NCBI GenBank assembly: GCA_964627525.1
Contig: CAZVIA010000001.1
Location: 72,384-136,383 of the forward strand
DNA length: 64,000 nt
From: an uncultured Gammaproteobacteria bacterium
Lineage (GTDB): Bacteria; Patescibacteriota; Patescibacteriia; Magasanikbacterales; JBBTQS01
Direction of reading: 5' to 3'
Position 1 is the first letter of the stretch; each line of letters begins with the position of its first letter. Below are positions 60,212-64,000 of the stretch, in pieces. Both the position numbers and the translations under genes were made by a program. The notes beneath the pieces were generated by a model that saw only the letters and a program-made list of their open reading frames with translations, was not told the origin of the DNA and did no database searches.

Positions 60212-60350
60212 TGGTATTGTAACACATGTGCGAGATTCTGTCAAGCTCGTGCCTACGGCACTCGCTTGTCAACTGCGTCGCTACGCAAAAAAGCAAGTAA
60301 AACTTGCTTTTTTAGTCTCCACTCCTTGTTGTCAAACCCTTAGTTTAAAC

Positions 60351-60895
60351 AAAAAAAGAAGACCCGTACCGTAATGGTTCGTGTCTTCTACAGGAGGATC
60401 AAGTTTTGACAGAAACTATGGTAGTTAACCTCCAGAGCAGGTGTTCCAATTCTGCTCCTGCTAATGATGGGGTGCCGAAGCCCACCTTTGCTTCCACTAC
60501 CAGGAGGGTTCCTATTATATGGCCCAACCCATCCAACCTTCTGCTTTGTCGCATCAAGTTGGTCCTTACTCCACACTTGTCATCGTGTGTAAGGCATAAG
60601 AGCCGTTTTTTAGGGTATTTTAGTTCTCAGGCGCGACCCCGAGATCTTGGTACCTCTCTAAACCTCACCAACTATGGGACGCGACTCCCTTTCTGCTGCA
60701 CTGTTGGCGTACAGGTTCTAGCGCTTAGAATTGGATCCAGGCCTTTCAGCGGGACCCAGTTCAATGCGTTCTGGTGCGTAGTTAGAGCACCTCTTTATTA
60801 TCTCCTTTTTGCCGTTATTCGTTTGTCGCCCTTTGAGCACACAGACCCTCTTCAAAAGTTGTCAGAGTCTTGGCTTGCAAAAGACCAAACGAAGA
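60351..60895 (-). ncRNA. putative large structured ncRNA B (~540 nt)
   Basis: Promoter TTGACA(60927-60922)-17 nt-TATAGT(60904-60899); cUUCGg and GAAA tetraloop hairpins; agaagac/gtcttct terminator followed by U7. Confidence 0.65.
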
Positions 60896-60977
60896 CATAC
60901 TATAGCATGTTTGAGAGATTTTGTCAAGTCTTTGGTTTCGTGGTAATCTAATATTGTGTAATTTAAGAGAAATTTAT

Positions 60978-61676
60978 ATGAAAAAAATTATTATTTTGGC
61001 GACAATTGTTTTGTTAGGATTAGGATGTTCAACTCCAAATCCTGCTCCTGTAGACAGCACTGCAGATAAACCTGCTTCTGCTGAATCTGATCAGCCGGTT
61101 GAAAATCAAGAAAAACCAACTACTGAAGCGCCAGCACCTGCAATAGATACACCACCACTTCCACAAGATGCACCAATTTACACTCGCAAACAAGGTGAGT
61201 CTAATGATACCTTTGTACATAGAGTTGCAATGACTCATTACAATAATATGCTTGGAATGAGAATGCATGATGTAATTGAGGGTATGATGGCTGGTGTGGA
61301 TAAGTCTTTGTTGGCTTTTTATTTTCCAGAAGAAGTTTCAGCAACAAAAAGTTATAAAGGTTTTGTGTTAGTTCCATTAAATGTTCAGGGCGAACATGCT
61401 TTTTTACCAATGCCAGATATGGATATGGGATTTTACACTGGAATTGAATCTGTGTTTTTCGCAAATGCTGATGATGATTCTGCAAAAGAAATTGTTGTGT
61501 TAATGTCTCAAATGTCTGGTGCTGGGCAAATAGCAGGAGAATCAATGATGTATGAGTCGGCTGTGTTTGATTGGACTGGTGAAAAGTTTAAATTTAAACA
61601 AGATGTAAGTAAATTAATCGGAAACTTGTACCCAGCTTCAGAAGTTAAAAAACAATTAAAAAGTCTCGGGTTTTAA
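60978..61676 (+). CDS. lipoprotein with Pro-rich linker
   Basis: MKKIIILATIVLLGLGC lipobox. Confidence 0.8.
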   Translation: MKKIIILATIVLLGLGCSTPNPAPVDSTADKPASAESDQPVENQEKPTTEAPAPAIDTPPLPQDAPIYTRKQGESNDTFVHRVAMTHYNNMLGMRMHDVIEGMMAGVDKSLLAFYFPEEVSATKSYKGFVLVPLNVQGEHAFLPMPDMDMGFYTGIESVFFANADDDSAKEIVVLMSQMSGAGQIAGESMMYESAVFDWTGEKFKFKQDVSKLIGNLYPASEVKKQLKSLGF

Positions 61677-61693
61677 AATTTTTTTAAAAAAAT

Positions 61694-62119
61694 ATGAAAA
61701 CAAAATTTTTTACTTTAATTGGTGTGATGGTTTTGGTGGGTTTGGGTTGTGGAAATGGTTTGTTGGGTGTACAGCCAGAAGGTGCGATTGGGCTTGAGCA
61801 AGGTTATTATATGATTCCTCCGGAGGGATATTTAACACCTGAAGATAAAACAAATGCAATAACTGATTATCATTGTTTGGTTTATTTGGATGATAGTTAT
61901 AAATTGACTGGGCAAAGTTGGCATGAAGAAACTGCTACACAAAGATTTGGTGATAATGGGTATAATTTGGTTAGATGGCGTGATGGGGGATATCTTATGA
62001 AAATTGATGCGCATTTGTTGGGTACAAAAGTAAAATTCACTTTGGATAATCCATCAGGAAAGCAAAGGTGTGTTGATGAGTTTTATGAGATATTAAGATC
62101 TGTTGGTGGTGGAGAGTAA
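61694..62119 (+). CDS. hypothetical lipoprotein
   Basis: LVGLGC lipobox. Confidence 0.75.
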   Translation: MKTKFFTLIGVMVLVGLGCGNGLLGVQPEGAIGLEQGYYMIPPEGYLTPEDKTNAITDYHCLVYLDDSYKLTGQSWHEETATQRFGDNGYNLVRWRDGGYLMKIDAHLLGTKVKFTLDNPSGKQRCVDEFYEILRSVGGGE

Positions 62120-62213
62120 AAAACACTTTTTGAAAAAGTTTAAAAATTTTAAAGGCTGGTTGTTTTAAAAAACAGCTGGCTTTTTTAATAAAACCAAAGT
62201 TATACACAACCAA

Positions 62214-62288
62214 GTGGCTTGACTTAACATATCAGTGGGGTAAAATGGAGATATAGGATGATTATGTGGGGATAAGTGGGAAAGGGAG
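62214..62288 (+). promoter_or_regulatory. mraZ promoter with MraZ-binding GTGGG repeats
   Basis: GTGGG at 62235, 62266 and 62276 with degenerate copies at about 10-bp phase; TTGACT..TAAAAT. Confidence 0.75.
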
Positions 62289-62345
62289 CCACTTATCCCT
62301 GCTAAAGATCGAAAAGTTTTAGTCGATCAATTTTGTGTATACATT

Positions 62346-62777
62346 ATGTTTATTGGAGAATTCCAACACAGCATAGATAGTAAAGGCAGGTTAGCAGTTC
62401 CTGGTAAATTCCGCGCCCAAGTAAAAGCAGGTGCAGTTGTAACTAGGGGACTAGATAACTGTTTGTTTCTATACACAAAAAAAGAATGGCAAGTTCTTGC
62501 AAAAAAACTCGCTACATTACCTCTAAGTAAATCTAATACTCGTGCATTCGCCCGACTCATGCTTGCTGGCGCAATGGATGTAAAGTTAGATTCACAAGGA
62601 AGAATTCTTCTTCCAGAATATCTGCGAAAGTTCGCAGGGCTGAAAAAAAATGCTGTTGTTGCAGGTTTGTATGACCGCCTAGAAATCTGGGATAAGCAAC
62701 AATGGGAAAAATATAAAGCAGGGACTGAAAAAGATTCAGTAAGCATTGCCGAGCAAATAGGAGAATTAGGAATTTAG
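62346..62777 (+). CDS. mraZ: transcriptional regulator MraZ
   Basis: MFIGEFQHSIDSKGRL, DSQGRILLP and RLEIWD motifs. Confidence 0.98.
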   Translation: MFIGEFQHSIDSKGRLAVPGKFRAQVKAGAVVTRGLDNCLFLYTKKEWQVLAKKLATLPLSKSNTRAFARLMLAGAMDVKLDSQGRILLPEYLRKFAGLKKNAVVAGLYDRLEIWDKQQWEKYKAGTEKDSVSIAEQIGELGI

Positions 62778-62779
62778 TT

Positions 62780-63658
62780 ATGAGGCATATACCTGTATTA
62801 AAAGGAGAAGTAATCTCCTCGCTTAACTTGTCTTCAAATGACTTGGTAATTGACTGCACACTTGGTGATGCAGGACATGCACAAGCAATTTTGGAGAGCA
62901 AATCAGATGTTGAGTTGTTGGGAATAGATGCTGACCCTGAAGCAATTTTGCGTAGTAAAAAATTTCTTGATAAATATTTAGATCAAGTGATTTTTGTGCG
63001 AGATTCATTTTCAAACATTGCACAAATTTCTCGTAAAAATAATTTTGAGCCAAATGCAATTTTATTTGACCTTGGCTGGAGCACTCCACAATTTGAAGAA
63101 CGTGGTAGGGGATTTTCATTTCAAAAAAATGAAAATTTAGATATGAGATACGATGCTCCAATCCATAATGGTGCAGGTGCAATGACAGCTGCTGATGTAG
63201 TTAATAAATATTCGGTTCAAGATTTGACTCTAATATTCTCAAGATATGGGGAAGAAAAAAAAGCAAAACAAATTGCAAAAGAAATAGCTAAGGTTCGCAG
63301 TAAAAAGAAAATTAAAACAACACAAGAATTAGCAGACCTGATTGAAGGGGTTTATAAAAATCGTCGTGGAAAAATTCATCCTGCAACAAAAGTTTTTCAG
63401 GCCTTAAGAATAGAAGTTAATGATGAGTTTGGGGTTTTAAGACAAGGTCTAAAAGATGCAGTTGAAGTTTTGAAAAAAGATGGTCGGTTGTGTGTGATAA
63501 GTTTTCATTCTGGAGAAGATAGAATTATAAAAAAATTTATTGATTCACATCCTGATTTAAAATCATTTACAAAAAAACCAATCACAGCAAGTTCAGAAGA
63601 GTTAGAGGAAAATCCGCGCGCACGAAGCGCAAAATTAAGAGTTGCAATAAAACAATAG
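62780..63658 (+). CDS. rsmH: 16S rRNA m4C1402 methyltransferase
   Basis: HIPVL, DCTLG..GH, HPATKVFQALRIEVN and NPRARSAKLR motifs. Confidence 0.98.
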   Translation: MRHIPVLKGEVISSLNLSSNDLVIDCTLGDAGHAQAILESKSDVELLGIDADPEAILRSKKFLDKYLDQVIFVRDSFSNIAQISRKNNFEPNAILFDLGWSTPQFEERGRGFSFQKNENLDMRYDAPIHNGAGAMTAADVVNKYSVQDLTLIFSRYGEEKKAKQIAKEIAKVRSKKKIKTTQELADLIEGVYKNRRGKIHPATKVFQALRIEVNDEFGVLRQGLKDAVEVLKKDGRLCVISFHSGEDRIIKKFIDSHPDLKSFTKKPITASSEELEENPRARSAKLRVAIKQ

Positions 63659-63664
63659 AATAAA

Positions 63665-64000
63665 ATGAAATTTATTTCATCATACAAATCAAATAAAAAA
63701 GAGCCAAAGCGCGCAAGAAGAATGCGCAGAGGTTTGGGTTGGTGGTATGAAAAAGTTTGCGAGTCAACAATGCTGCGAATGGCTTTGTGTGGAATGATTT
63801 TAATGTTTGGAGTAGGGTACAGTGTTTTAACAAGTAGTACTGCAACTAAGGGTTATGAATTAAGTGATGTTGAACAACAAGTTTATGATTTGCGTGAAGA
63901 AAATCAGAGATTGCGTCTTTCAATTGCAGAGCATCGTTCATTGCAAAACATTCAATCAAAAATAAATACACTTGGTTTAGTGCCAGTTGAAAAAATAAAT
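63665..64000 (+). CDS. FtsL-like cell division protein (3'-truncated by window edge)
   Basis: ATG 63665; basic N-terminus, TM, then coiled coil (KGYELSDVEQQVYDLREENQRL); position after rsmH. Confidence 0.65.
   Translation, partial: MKFISSYKSNKKEPKRARRMRRGLGWWYEKVCESTMLRMALCGMILMFGVGYSVLTSSTATKGYELSDVEQQVYDLREENQRLRLSIAEHRSLQNIQSKINTLGLVPVEKIN

Noticed and set aside
59678-60895. tmRNA, RNase P, or group I/II intron identity for the large units
   Set aside because: No tRNA-like ends, no GAGGAAAGTCC, no recognisable domain V or P7 core, and no interrupted host gene; not excluded without a covariance-model search
60406-60951. 181-aa + strand ORF and the nearby 60388-60576 and 60143-60343 ORFs
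   Set aside because: Non-ATG starts and unprotein-like composition; promoter, terminator and tetraloops all point to a minus-strand RNA
1-64000. Alternative genetic code (UGA=Gly as in Gracilibacteria/SR1)
   Set aside because: Conserved genes are full length under code 11 and several end at TGA

Overview
AT-rich, densely coding chromosomal segment of a bacterium that looks like Patescibacteria/CPR. This assignment is inferred from gene content, archaeal-type PyrH, homodimeric GlyRS, a DUF4012-like protein, few Shine-Dalgarno motifs and LxGxGC-type lipoproteins. Housekeeping content: split comEC, pyrH, L10 leader-rplJL, mreB, holB, frr, glyQS, tpiA, four tRNAs with rpmG, a MacAB-like transporter, dsbA, mscS, uppP, yidC, a CIRCE-hrcA-grpE-hsp20-dnaK-dnaJ operon, rnhA-recJ-lepA-murJ and the start of the mraZ-rsmH-ftsL cluster. 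The most striking unexplained signal is non-coding. Two tandem ~530-nt structured, ORF-poor units (59.68-60.90 kb, minus strand) each have a near-consensus sigma70 promoter and a terminator. There is also a ~150-nt promoter/terminator-bounded unit at 49.5 kb, a ~185-nt long-stem element upstream of comEC, and two repeated hairpin motifs. Other oddities: an in-frame PilC-PilB deletion chimera, an unannotated Fic antitoxin, a possible internally deleted toxin remnant behind an AbrB gene, and SD-led orphan genes inserted in the tRNA cluster. No CRISPR array, rRNA, integrase or transposase was seen. All family assignments come from reading motifs by eye, not from database searches.
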